Source: Limisphaerales bacterium
GTDB taxonomy: Bacteria; Verrucomicrobiota; Verrucomicrobiia; Limisphaerales; UBA1412
Assembly: GCA_050949405.1 (NCBI GenBank)
Contig: JBMNFQ010000001.1
Location: 1,578,727-1,642,726 of the forward strand
Direction: 5' to 3'
Length of the DNA: 64,000 bases
This document shows positions 26,269 to 35,211 of the stretch, in pieces. Each line of letters starts with the position of its first letter. Positions within the stretch are counted from its first letter, which is position 1. The position numbers and the translations under genes were made by a program. A model generated the notes under the pieces. That model was not told the DNA's origin. It saw nothing but the letters and a program-made list of their open reading frames with translations, and made no database searches.

Positions 26269-29200
26269 TTACTCGCCTTTCTTTTTCAGGAGCTTCCAGA
26301 CGCGCAAGGTCTCGCAGGTTGACCAGGCTTGAGCGTCGCATCCACGCGGCGTATGGGGGGCGTCTCCATCCATGATTTCAGGAATGTGGCCGAGGCATCC
26401 TCTTTCAAACCAGTACTCAGCGCTCTTGAGATAGGCAAGAGCGGTTTTCCGTGCCGTTTCGTCTTCCTCCCATGTTTTGGCGAGAGCTTCGCAGAAGACC
26501 GGCAACATAAAGCCCCAGGCAGTGCCGTTATGGTAGGCCGGCTTGCGTCGAGTATCCTCATCACCTTCATACCGTGGCCAATAGGGATAGCCCGGATCGT
26601 TTAAAAGACGCCCCTCGTTCCCAAAAATCGGAGCCAGGCAGTTGACTGGAAGCGGCGCCAGAGAACGCATTGCGCCCGGGATGAGGAGGTGGCGGAGGGC
26701 TGCCCGTAAAGCGCGCTGAGATTTTTCAGTATCCAGGAGCCCAAACGAGATGGGTAAAAACTGGTTAGGTCTGAGAGCATCATCAACTCTTGCCTGCCTG
26801 GCTGGGCTCTTATCTTCAGCCCAGAGTCCATCAGCAAACCATTTTTTTTCCGGCAGCCAAAAATAACGTTGCAGGGATTCCTCAGCATTCTGTGCCCACT
26901 TAGCCCATTCCGTTTGGCCGGAGTCCAGGCGTGCGAGCTGGCGCAAGAGCCGTATCCAGAGCGCCTGAATCTCGATCGGGTAGCCGCAGCGCGGAGTCCC
27001 CGTCGGATAGTTTGTATCCATCCAGGTGAAATGGGCAGGGCTCCAGACCAGTCCCGAATCCTTATCCACAAAGATGCCGTTGGGAGTTCCCTTGAGGTAA
27101 TTTGTGGCGATGCTCCTCAGAACATCCAGGAGGGTGCGACTTTGGTTTTCAAGGGGCATTTCGTAAATCTGCTCGGCCGTGAAACGATATGTTTCAGCCA
27201 ATGCAGCAGCCTCTTCCAGTACAACCCCAAACCAGAGCGGCGCATCGGAAGTATTGCGGTTGGAGTCGTTATCGCCATAGATGACATTGGGAAGTGTGCC
27301 GTTTTTTTCCATTTGCCCAAAAACCTGCAGGAGCTCCAAAACTTCTGGCCAGTATCCGGCGGCCAGGTAGCCCCGAGCGCAGATTAACGTATCACGTCCC
27401 CAATCCAGAAACCAGGGGTAGCCGGCAATTACGGTGCGGCCACGCTCAGTCCCGCGACGCACAAGAAACGCCTTGGCGCCCAGCAGCAACTCACGCTCCC
27501 AGATATCGGTGACGGGCTGTTCATACTTCTTCAGGAGCTCTTTGGTTTGCAACTGGCGGCGCTCTTCGAACCAGAGCATCTCTTCGTTGCTAATGGCTTC
27601 CTGTTCAGCATCTATGACCAGATGAACGGGCTCATTTAGCGCCAGTGGCAGGTCAAACCATCCAGGACTGAATGCATCACCACGGTCCACCTGACCGCGG
27701 CTGGCCTCATAAGGATGCAGTATTTGGGTGCACCACTCAGCCTGGGGGTGGTATTTGCCCAGGGTTGCATAAGCTTTGAAGCTGCGGTCCGCAGCTGGAG
27801 TAAATGCGAAGCCAGGCCCATTTTGCAGGGTGTGTGTATGTTGTTCAAAGTAGTGGCGACTGGTATCGTTCAGATGAGTTTCGGTGTGGAAGCTCCGGTC
27901 TTCAATATCGAGTCGTACAGTGACACTGACATGGGCTTCTGCGGGCAAAACACGTTTTTTCCAGCGCTGCGGAATTTCCACTTCTCCCAAACGTTCAAGT
28001 TTAAGGACGAGAGTATTGCGCTCCTCCAGGAGGTCAGCCATCAATTGAAGATGGACAATTCGCCCATCGCCGGCAGAGACGATAAAATTCCATCTGGCCG
28101 GTGGCTCCGGGTTTAGGACCGCAAGGTTCCCTGCATTTAGTTCACTGTAGAAGCCATCGGCGTTGACCCAGATACGAACACGTTTAGCGAAAACGTGCCG
28201 ATCCACGGGGAACTCCGGATGCAGGTTGGCGCCGAGCAGGCAGTCGTACTTGGACTGGACGGAGCCAAGGTCAGCGCGAATCCGAGACATGGCACCGCGG
28301 CCATTGGTGAGGAGTACCAGTGCATCCTTGTCGCCACAGATGCTGTATTGCGAGCCTCTGCGCAGTATCCAGCGCTCCTTGCCTCCAGGGGCATGGAGGA
28401 TGGTCTGCATGAAGTCTGAAGTGTTTTGAAAGTCTTCAGCAACGTAGAGCAGCTTTGCCGTCGCTTTGGATTTCCGTTCTCCCCAGATGGTGCCTTCCAG
28501 AGTAAGTTCTCCGGTGTCAGATGCCAGTATTTCCTCTATTTCATCGGGTGAAAACGCGGCAATATGGCCCAGTTCAGTCTCCACTGAATGGAGGACCTGC
28601 GTCCGTTTTTCCTGGGAGCATATCTGGACCTGGAACGGCCATTGTGTGTTCCGGAAGTAGAGCCAGTGGCCTTTAGGCAGAAGGGTAATCCTCCTGATAT
28701 CGCTCAATTGCCAGGAAACGACAGGGCAATAGACGGGAGCAAGCATCTCTTTGCGGATTTGCTCAAGCCAGTTTTTGCAGTCTACCTCTTGTTCTTTGAG
28801 TCTGCTCAGTGCACCCAGGTAGGTGATCGGGTTGGAGCCCGCCACTTCTGCAAGCCTCTGCCAATCAACTGAGGTGCGTGGTGTGCCATGGAGAATGCGG
28901 CAGGAAACTCTTAGGGCCCAAGAGGCCAGAGCGCGCTTCTTGCGATATTCATCACCACTGAGGCCAACTATGTTGGGCTCTTTGCTCAAACACCAACAGG
29001 TGCCCGGCGGCACTTCAAATATCCAGCGGCGGCCGCTTTCATCCATCCGCAAAACTTTGACCCGTTGCTGAGTCAACAGATCAATCATCTCCGGATTAAT
29101 ATCGTTATCAGCAATCTCTGCCTTGGCGGGGTGCTCCATGTCAGTGTTGGCAAAAACCCAGAGCGTGTTGAGCTGCTCAGGGCAATCGCGGCGCAATACG

Positions 29201-30726
29201 TAAACGGGACCTTCCTCAGAGATGCAATTCAAACGGGCGCCATCAAAGAAACAGGGATGCTCACTCAAAAGACTATTTAATCGAGAAAGTTCCTGGACGA
29301 TGTTGTCTTGACTATTCCAGGAGAGGCCTGTGCGTTGGTGAACATTTATTTTTTCATCGGCCAGCCACTCCACTCCACAAGTGAAACCGAAACCGCCCGA
29401 GACGCTGGTCAAGGCGCAGAGTTGATTGCGAAAGAGCGACCAGCGTTTGCCCTGCGCTGCGAGCCGGTTATTGTCATGGGTTTCGCTGTAATGAACCCAG
29501 ACGCCTTTGCGTTTGCTTTGCTTCAGGCTGTAGTCCAGATACCACGAGATATCTTTTGCCGAATAGTTTTGGAAAAGTTCCGAGTAGGCAAACTGCATCC
29601 GCCCTTGGGTTAGTAATATTTCAGTGGCCTCCCAGGGACCTCCCAGCCCTTCCAGAAGAAAGATGGCGTTGGGGAATTCTTGCCGCACCCTGCTGATAAT
29701 ATAGCGCCAGGCCTCCATCGGAATTTTGTAGCCGGCATCGCAACGGAATCCATCCACTCCGCGGTGGCACCAGGTGAGGAATACTTCAGCCAGATACTCC
29801 CAGAGGTCCGGCAGATGGGTGTTGAGTTCTGAAAGGTCGCCCCAGATGACTCCCCAGGCACCAGGTGAGATAAAGTTTCCCTGCTCGTCGCGAACGTACC
29901 ACTCTGGATGCGAAGAGTGCAGCGCTGAGCCCCAGCCGGTATGGTTAACGGCCAGATCGATAATGAGGCGCGCTCCATGCCTGTGAATGGCATCAGAGAG
30001 CTCACAGAATTGATCGACTGGGCTGGTTTGGTGCTCGAACTCCACCAGTGCAGGGTCGATTCCAGTCAAATCCAATGCAGCATAGGGGCTGCCAAAGCGT
30101 CCCATTCGGGCGAACGTGGTCGGGGTGGGGTTTACTGGCAGGAGGTGGATAATTTTGCAGCCGAGTCTATCGACGATATGGGGCAGATGTTTTATCAGGT
30201 CTCGGAATTTGCCTGAGGGTGGGATGCAGGAGAAACCGGCCGAGTCAAGTTTTTCAAGTGCAAGCGCCGGCTTTTCGGGCAATGCAGCGCGCTCAGCCAT
30301 TGTTTCTCCAAAAAGGCGAATAAAAGAGCAGTAAATGATGTTGGCCGTTCTGCAAAAGTCCGGATGAGTACTGATGCCGACGTTAGGTCCATCGGGCCAA
30401 ATCTGACGTCCTTCTTCATCACGGGCATAAGCTTTGGCCTCAAAGTAGCCGACTTCGTGAATGGGCAGCTCGATTGTGGCTTCATTGCCTGAAATAGTCA
30501 TCGGCAGGTCTCGCCAGGATTCTCCAATCAGTGGCCATTTGTGGGAGTGTGCATGGATGACCTCTTCCTTAAGCCTTCGAGCACGTCCCAGGTTGGTTCT
30601 CAGAAAAACGGTCCACCCCTCAGGGATAGAGCGCCCATCCTCAAAGGCAAATCGAAACTGAATCCAATCTCCACAGTACTTCAGGAGGTTTTCTCCTGCT
30701 CCAGGCCACATTTTTACATTGCCCAT
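26269..30726 (-). CDS. Large fusion protein: GH13 alpha-amylase-family (GlgE-like) domain plus glycogen-debranching amylo-alpha-1,6-glucosidase (GDE) domain
   Basis: GH13 regions are present: LIIDLAVNHTGW, GFRCDAGYKIP, FLLEGLG and HYSETHDN. The C-terminal half carries GDE hallmarks VIAGYPWFLDWGRDTLI and YHNGTAWGF. The ORF is 1485 aa. Confidence 0.8.
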   Translation of the reverse strand: MGNVKMWPGAGENLLKYCGDWIQFRFAFEDGRSIPEGWTVFLRTNLGRARRLKEEVIHAHSHKWPLIGESWRDLPMTISGNEATIELPIHEVGYFEAKAYARDEEGRQIWPDGPNVGISTHPDFCRTANIIYCSFIRLFGETMAERAALPEKPALALEKLDSAGFSCIPPSGKFRDLIKHLPHIVDRLGCKIIHLLPVNPTPTTFARMGRFGSPYAALDLTGIDPALVEFEHQTSPVDQFCELSDAIHRHGARLIIDLAVNHTGWGSALHSSHPEWYVRDEQGNFISPGAWGVIWGDLSELNTHLPDLWEYLAEVFLTWCHRGVDGFRCDAGYKIPMEAWRYIISRVRQEFPNAIFLLEGLGGPWEATEILLTQGRMQFAYSELFQNYSAKDISWYLDYSLKQSKRKGVWVHYSETHDNNRLAAQGKRWSLFRNQLCALTSVSGGFGFTCGVEWLADEKINVHQRTGLSWNSQDNIVQELSRLNSLLSEHPCFFDGARLNCISEEGPVYVLRRDCPEQLNTLWVFANTDMEHPAKAEIADNDINPEMIDLLTQQRVKVLRMDESGRRWIFEVPPGTCWCLSKEPNIVGLSGDEYRKKRALASWALRVSCRILHGTPRTSVDWQRLAEVAGSNPITYLGALSRLKEQEVDCKNWLEQIRKEMLAPVYCPVVSWQLSDIRRITLLPKGHWLYFRNTQWPFQVQICSQEKRTQVLHSVETELGHIAAFSPDEIEEILASDTGELTLEGTIWGERKSKATAKLLYVAEDFQNTSDFMQTILHAPGGKERWILRRGSQYSICGDKDALVLLTNGRGAMSRIRADLGSVQSKYDCLLGANLHPEFPVDRHVFAKRVRIWVNADGFYSELNAGNLAVLNPEPPARWNFIVSAGDGRIVHLQLMADLLEERNTLVLKLERLGEVEIPQRWKKRVLPAEAHVSVTVRLDIEDRSFHTETHLNDTSRHYFEQHTHTLQNGPGFAFTPAADRSFKAYATLGKYHPQAEWCTQILHPYEASRGQVDRGDAFSPGWFDLPLALNEPVHLVIDAEQEAISNEEMLWFEERRQLQTKELLKKYEQPVTDIWERELLLGAKAFLVRRGTERGRTVIAGYPWFLDWGRDTLICARGYLAAGYWPEVLELLQVFGQMEKNGTLPNVIYGDNDSNRNTSDAPLWFGVVLEEAAALAETYRFTAEQIYEMPLENQSRTLLDVLRSIATNYLKGTPNGIFVDKDSGLVWSPAHFTWMDTNYPTGTPRCGYPIEIQALWIRLLRQLARLDSGQTEWAKWAQNAEESLQRYFWLPEKKWFADGLWAEDKSPARQARVDDALRPNQFLPISFGLLDTEKSQRALRAALRHLLIPGAMRSLAPLPVNCLAPIFGNEGRLLNDPGYPYWPRYEGDEDTRRKPAYHNGTAWGFMLPVFCEALAKTWEEDETARKTALAYLKSAEYWFERGCLGHIPEIMDGDAPHTPRGCDAQAWSTCETLRVWKLLKKKGE

Positions 30727-30879
30727 AATCAGATGCCTATTCTCTCTATTGAGTATGAGTAGCTCAAGATAATTATAGTATATTCGGGTTGAGGATATTT
30801 ATCTTCCTTACATGAAGTAAATTAAGCCTCCTCTGTTTTTGCTCTCTTTTCCCGAAGGAAAGTGCAGGATACTTTAAAA

Positions 30880-33522
30880 CTAATGTTTGGAGAGCTTCAG
30901 CGTGTGCTCCATGCGTCGGGTCTGGTTAAACTCCAGGGGTGGCAGGTCGGTCAGGGTGGGGGATTCAGTTTCCTGCAGAGTCTCTTTACAAAGCTTTTGG
31001 AAAGCTTTCCAACGTTCATTCTCCAGCGTGGGGGAGTGAGCCACCTGGCGCATCCGGCTGCGCCATTCAATAATGATACGGTCAATATCGCCAATGCCCA
31101 AAGTGGGGGTAACGAACTGGTATTTTATTTCTGGATTTTTCTGGAGCGCGGCCACTACATCGCTGGCTCCAAAACCATACTCCGGCGGAACACCATACTC
31201 CAGATATCCCTCGGCACTCTGTGCTTTATAGGTTTTTTTACTGACCCATGCCAGGCGGCCCGCCCAGCGGTTTTCATCACCTGCAAAGCGAAAGCCTGCA
31301 TCCAGGTTGGCCAAGTCATAGAGCAGCTCCTCCAGGGGATACTTTCTATCTTCAATGGCAGCGGCAATGGCCAGACCGGGCCCACCAGAAAAGAAGCTGG
31401 CGATCCTGCCCCGCATCGTCGGGATTCCATCCACATCGATCAGCCCAAGGCGGCGCCAGAGAAGGGCTGCCCCGGGAGAGGTGGAGAGCGACTGGCAGGT
31501 TTTTAGCTGAGGGCATCCCTGGCAACTGGCATGATGAGTTACTCTGGATGCCGGTTTAAAAAGGGCAACTCCATACTCATCGACCACTGCGCTGAGAGGG
31601 AGCTCGCTCAAATCCAGAAAGGCCGTGATTTTGTTAGAAAGCTTTTCCACCTTAAGGCAGCGCATTTTTTGCTGATCAAAAGCTTTAAGAATGCGGGGAA
31701 GCGCCTTGCTTTCCCAGTCTTTGCTTTCCACATGCCGTCCGTGCCAGTTGATCATACGCCTGACATATTTTACCAGGTAGATTTTTTCACCCGGGTAGAT
31801 ATCGGCAATCGTCAGTTTTCTGGCAAAGTGAGATTTTGAATTATTTGTTTGGGAACTACTCGGGGTTTCCTCACTCTCCTGGAGGGCTTGTGTTGCTTCT
31901 GCTGAGTGATTCTGAGAGGGAGTAAAGCGTGTCAATACTCCAATACCGATTTTTTCCAGGGCAGGGCGATGCTCGAGTGCAGCAATCAGAATGGGTTTGC
32001 CTTCTTCATCAAGAGCAGGGTTCCAGTTGTTGTTATCCTGTTTGGTTGAATCCGCCCTGGTGGCAAAAACCTCTTTTACCGGTCGCTCCTGCGTGTGGGC
32101 AGAGCGTTGCCAGTCTCCCTGGCTGTTCAAGATTTGTTTTACCTGCTTTCGCGCAAGCCGCGCACGCTCCGTATCGGTTTTCAATCCACAGGGGGCATCT
32201 GGGAACTGGAGCGTCTCTTCAACTCCCAGGGGGACTCTGCTTGCAGTGAAGAGACGGCTTTGCACACGCATCGCCTCCAGAAAAGGCTCTTTGCCGATAT
32301 CTACGGCTGCCTGCATCACGCTCAGGAGAGCGCTCCAATCGATGGCTTTGCTTCGGCTCAGATGGCAAGAGTAACCTTCATTAAGGCGGACTCCGTTTTC
32401 GGAAGTAAGAACATAGCCGGTCTGATCAATACCGCGTCGGCCGGCTCTGCCAAACATCTGCAGGATTTCATCGGGGCGAATGGCATGTTCAAAGCCTCCT
32501 CTGCGGTAGGAATCCGCAGCCAGGGCAACAGTGCGGAGGGAAAAGTTGATACCGGCAGCCAGACCCATAGTAGCGATGACCACACGCAATTGGCCCGCTT
32601 TGGCCAGCGGCTCGATAACACCAGCGCGGGCCGCATAGCTCAAGCCGCTGTGATGATAAACGATACGTGTTTTGAGCATTTGAGCCAGGTTCTTGCCGAC
32701 ACAGCGACGCTGCTCGGTGGTCAAACGAAGTGGATTGGGAGTGGGAATGTAGCGAGCCAGCGTGGCAGCCAGTTTTTCCGATTCTGCCCGCCTTGGCGCG
32801 AATATGAGAATGGGCCCCAAATCTTCTGCCAGAGCTTTGGCGACCAATCGAGGCCAAAAACCGCGAATTTTAGGGGGGACATGGTAATGAAGGTTCTCAA
32901 TCAGCACCTCTTCCAGAGGGACAGGGCGGTGAGTGGTTTTGATCAACACCGCATCTCTGCCCAGCTGGCCAAACCACTTAACGATATCCTGCGGGTTGGC
33001 AACGCTGCCGCTGAGCAGAAGCAACTGGGTATGAGGAGGGGCCAGGGCCAGGGCCAGCTCGTAGTTCAAACCACGGTCAGGGTCACGGATCATTTGATAC
33101 TCATCGACTACCATTAAGGTTGGACCCTCACCACGGATAAGACGCAGCTTTTGCGTTTCCAGAGTGGCGACGATAATGGGTGCGCCGAGGTTTTCAGAGA
33201 GGTCTCCCGTCGCAATGCCGACGTCCCAGCCACGGGCGCGCCACTCCGCCAGCTTATCATTGGCCAGGGCGCGAGTGGGGACCGTATAAATGGCCTGGGC
33301 ACTGCCTTTGCCCAGCCTGGACCACTGTTCAAATATAAAGGTTTTGCCAGAGCCGGTGGGCGCCTGCACCACGACATCTTTGCCTTCCTTAAGAGCGGAG
33401 ATCGCTTTTTGTTGCCAAAGATCGGGGACGATCATCTGGCTCCAGCCAGGAAACTCCAGGTGGCTAAGCGATTCAGAAAACGGGGAAGAACCGTGTGGTT
33501 TTGCTTGTTGGAATGAGTTCAT
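30880..33522 (-). CDS. DEAD/DEAH-box superfamily 2 helicase (Ski2/HelY-like)
   Basis: Motif I is AQAPTGSGKT-like (VVQAPTGSGKTF). Motif II is VVDEYQMI and motif III is LSGSV. Motif VI is FGRAGRRG. A long C-terminal extension follows. Confidence 0.85.
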   Translation of the reverse strand: MNSFQQAKPHGSSPFSESLSHLEFPGWSQMIVPDLWQQKAISALKEGKDVVVQAPTGSGKTFIFEQWSRLGKGSAQAIYTVPTRALANDKLAEWRARGWDVGIATGDLSENLGAPIIVATLETQKLRLIRGEGPTLMVVDEYQMIRDPDRGLNYELALALAPPHTQLLLLSGSVANPQDIVKWFGQLGRDAVLIKTTHRPVPLEEVLIENLHYHVPPKIRGFWPRLVAKALAEDLGPILIFAPRRAESEKLAATLARYIPTPNPLRLTTEQRRCVGKNLAQMLKTRIVYHHSGLSYAARAGVIEPLAKAGQLRVVIATMGLAAGINFSLRTVALAADSYRRGGFEHAIRPDEILQMFGRAGRRGIDQTGYVLTSENGVRLNEGYSCHLSRSKAIDWSALLSVMQAAVDIGKEPFLEAMRVQSRLFTASRVPLGVEETLQFPDAPCGLKTDTERARLARKQVKQILNSQGDWQRSAHTQERPVKEVFATRADSTKQDNNNWNPALDEEGKPILIAALEHRPALEKIGIGVLTRFTPSQNHSAEATQALQESEETPSSSQTNNSKSHFARKLTIADIYPGEKIYLVKYVRRMINWHGRHVESKDWESKALPRILKAFDQQKMRCLKVEKLSNKITAFLDLSELPLSAVVDEYGVALFKPASRVTHHASCQGCPQLKTCQSLSTSPGAALLWRRLGLIDVDGIPTMRGRIASFFSGGPGLAIAAAIEDRKYPLEELLYDLANLDAGFRFAGDENRWAGRLAWVSKKTYKAQSAEGYLEYGVPPEYGFGASDVVAALQKNPEIKYQFVTPTLGIGDIDRIIIEWRSRMRQVAHSPTLENERWKAFQKLCKETLQETESPTLTDLPPLEFNQTRRMEHTLKLSKH

Positions 33523-33537
33523 CAGCAGGAAAAGGAG

Positions 33538-33960
33538 CTAGAATGCTTTAAAAGAGATCTTTTTCACCACTTCCTTTCCCAGACATGCTTGAAGTCTTTT
33601 CAAAATATCTTTCCTGTGGAAGCGGAGGATTTCTGAGAACCATGCGCTGTTTTCCACGCGGATAAAAAGGGTCCCTTTTACGATGTTTTCGGGAAAGGCA
33701 TGGGCGGCGATTACAGGGTCCATGCTATGCTCCCATGCGTAGTGGAGCTGTTTTTGCTCTCTTTGGCTGTCGAGCTTGTAGCGCTTAAAAAGAGTAGGCA
33801 GGCAATCGGCTGGTAAACAAAACTCTGGAATATTCGCTTTGAGGTCCTCCTCGTCAAAACGGCGCCACATGCGAAGCACCTGTTGCCTTGCATAATCTTG
33901 CCGAGTTTTTTTCTTTTTCTTTTTGCGAATGATGGACCGCACCTCTTTCATTTGGGACAC
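33538..33960 (-). CDS. DUF721 (DciA-like) protein
   Basis: This is a 140-aa protein. Its C-terminal pattern W..........A.HA.P..IVKGTLFIRVENSAWFSEILRFHRKDILKRLQ...G...VKKISFK matches the DUF721 consensus as I recall it. The N-terminus is Lys-rich. Confidence 0.6.
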   Translation of the reverse strand: MSQMKEVRSIIRKKKKKKTRQDYARQQVLRMWRRFDEEDLKANIPEFCLPADCLPTLFKRYKLDSQREQKQLHYAWEHSMDPVIAAHAFPENIVKGTLFIRVENSAWFSEILRFHRKDILKRLQACLGKEVVKKISFKAF

Positions 33961-34042
33961 AAAAACCTGTCAAACGGAGGGCCAGAGAGATGCGCTCCCT
34001 GGCCTCACCGTCTTTCATCATGCCTGAGAGAGGAGCTGTTGT

Positions 34043-34978
34043 CTAGTCTTCCTTCAGAGCGCTGTTCATGCGCTCAATGGATTCATCCACCTCAGCAACA
34101 CTCTTGAAGCCGACGACCGCAGAGTTGATGCCTCTGATGTTCATCACAAAGTCCATTGCCTTTTGACGGTCCTCCGCCAGTTTGAAGTTACCTTCGCCGA
34201 TCAGCTTCATGGCGATCAGTCCTTTGCCCTTGCTGGCAGCATGAGTGATCTGGCTGATGGCTTCAGGAATGAACTTCACTGAGCTTGGGGAGTTCCAGGT
34301 CTCTTCTTCCGTGTCGGTGATGCAACCCTGGGGGTTGACTCTTACCAGGAGCGTCTGGGCCCAGTCTGAAGCGATAGCCGTGCGAATAGCCGGCAGACTG
34401 TGGGTTGAGACGCCATGAACGCGAATCATCTTCTTTTCCTTGGCCTTACTCATACCCTCCATGACATGGGCCATCTTCACATCCCAGTCTTTAGCAGTCA
34501 TGCAGTGGATCAGGAGTGCATCAATGTAATCGGTCCCCAGTTCTTTGAGGTATCTCTCAATTCTCTCGAGGGCTTCATCAGCACTCTTAATGTTCCAACC
34601 CGGCATTTTGGTTTGGATGAAGAGCTTCTCGCGGGGCAGGCCTTTAAAAGCCTCCTTGAGCCAGGTATGGGTCTGATAGGATTCGGCCGTATCATAGTAA
34701 GTAATCCCCTGGTCATAGGCATAACGAATCAGGTTATTAAAACCTTCGTGACCCAATGCGCGCTGGACGTTGCCGCTGGTAGTGCCGGTGCCAAAGCCCA
34801 AACGGCTCAGCATGACTCCGGTGTTGCCGAGCTCTACCTGATCGGCGGCTGTGCGAACTTTTTTCTGGTCCCCTTTTTCTTGAGCGGAGACGAAGTTTTG
34901 TGATACCAAAACGGCTCCTGCTGCAACGGCAGAGGTCTTCAGGAATGTTCTGCGATTGACGTTGTATGTATTCCTCAT
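34043..34978 (-). CDS. Aldo/keto reductase with a twin-arginine signal
   Basis: It has the leader NRRTFLKTSAVAAGAVL. AKR blocks are LGFGTG, YDTAESY and IDALLIHC. Confidence 0.8.
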   Translation of the reverse strand: MRNTYNVNRRTFLKTSAVAAGAVLVSQNFVSAQEKGDQKKVRTAADQVELGNTGVMLSRLGFGTGTTSGNVQRALGHEGFNNLIRYAYDQGITYYDTAESYQTHTWLKEAFKGLPREKLFIQTKMPGWNIKSADEALERIERYLKELGTDYIDALLIHCMTAKDWDVKMAHVMEGMSKAKEKKMIRVHGVSTHSLPAIRTAIASDWAQTLLVRVNPQGCITDTEEETWNSPSSVKFIPEAISQITHAASKGKGLIAMKLIGEGNFKLAEDRQKAMDFVMNIRGINSAVVGFKSVAEVDESIERMNSALKED

Positions 34979-35131
34979 AGTAAATGCCCTATGGCTTTAA
35001 TTAACATAGCAGGGGATAGAGCAAAATGCAAAGCATTAGGGGCGCTGGCAAGGTAAAAACTATCAGCAAAGGGAATCAAGCCCTGGAGGAGCTTTTAAAA
35101 AGTTGCTTTTTGTAAAAGTGATTAAAAACAC

Positions 35132-35160
35132 TTGCCAACAAGGACTCCTGTGTTTAGACT
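35132..35160 (+). promoter_or_regulatory. Candidate sigma-70 promoter for the acetyl-CoA synthetase (ADP-forming) gene
   Basis: TTGCCA (35132-35137), a 17-nt spacer, then TAGACT (35155-35160). Confidence 0.35.
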
Positions 35161-35211
35161 TCCCGCATACTAAAAAGGCGTTGGTCCTATAGTTCTAATA
35201 AGTAAATATAT

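Noticed and set aside
30862-33516. Several long plus-strand ORFs (30862-31506, 31929-32374, 32095-33117, 33151-33516) opposite the SF2 helicase gene
   Set aside because: The helicase frame carries motifs I, II, III and VI. The plus-strand frames are low-complexity antisense artefacts.
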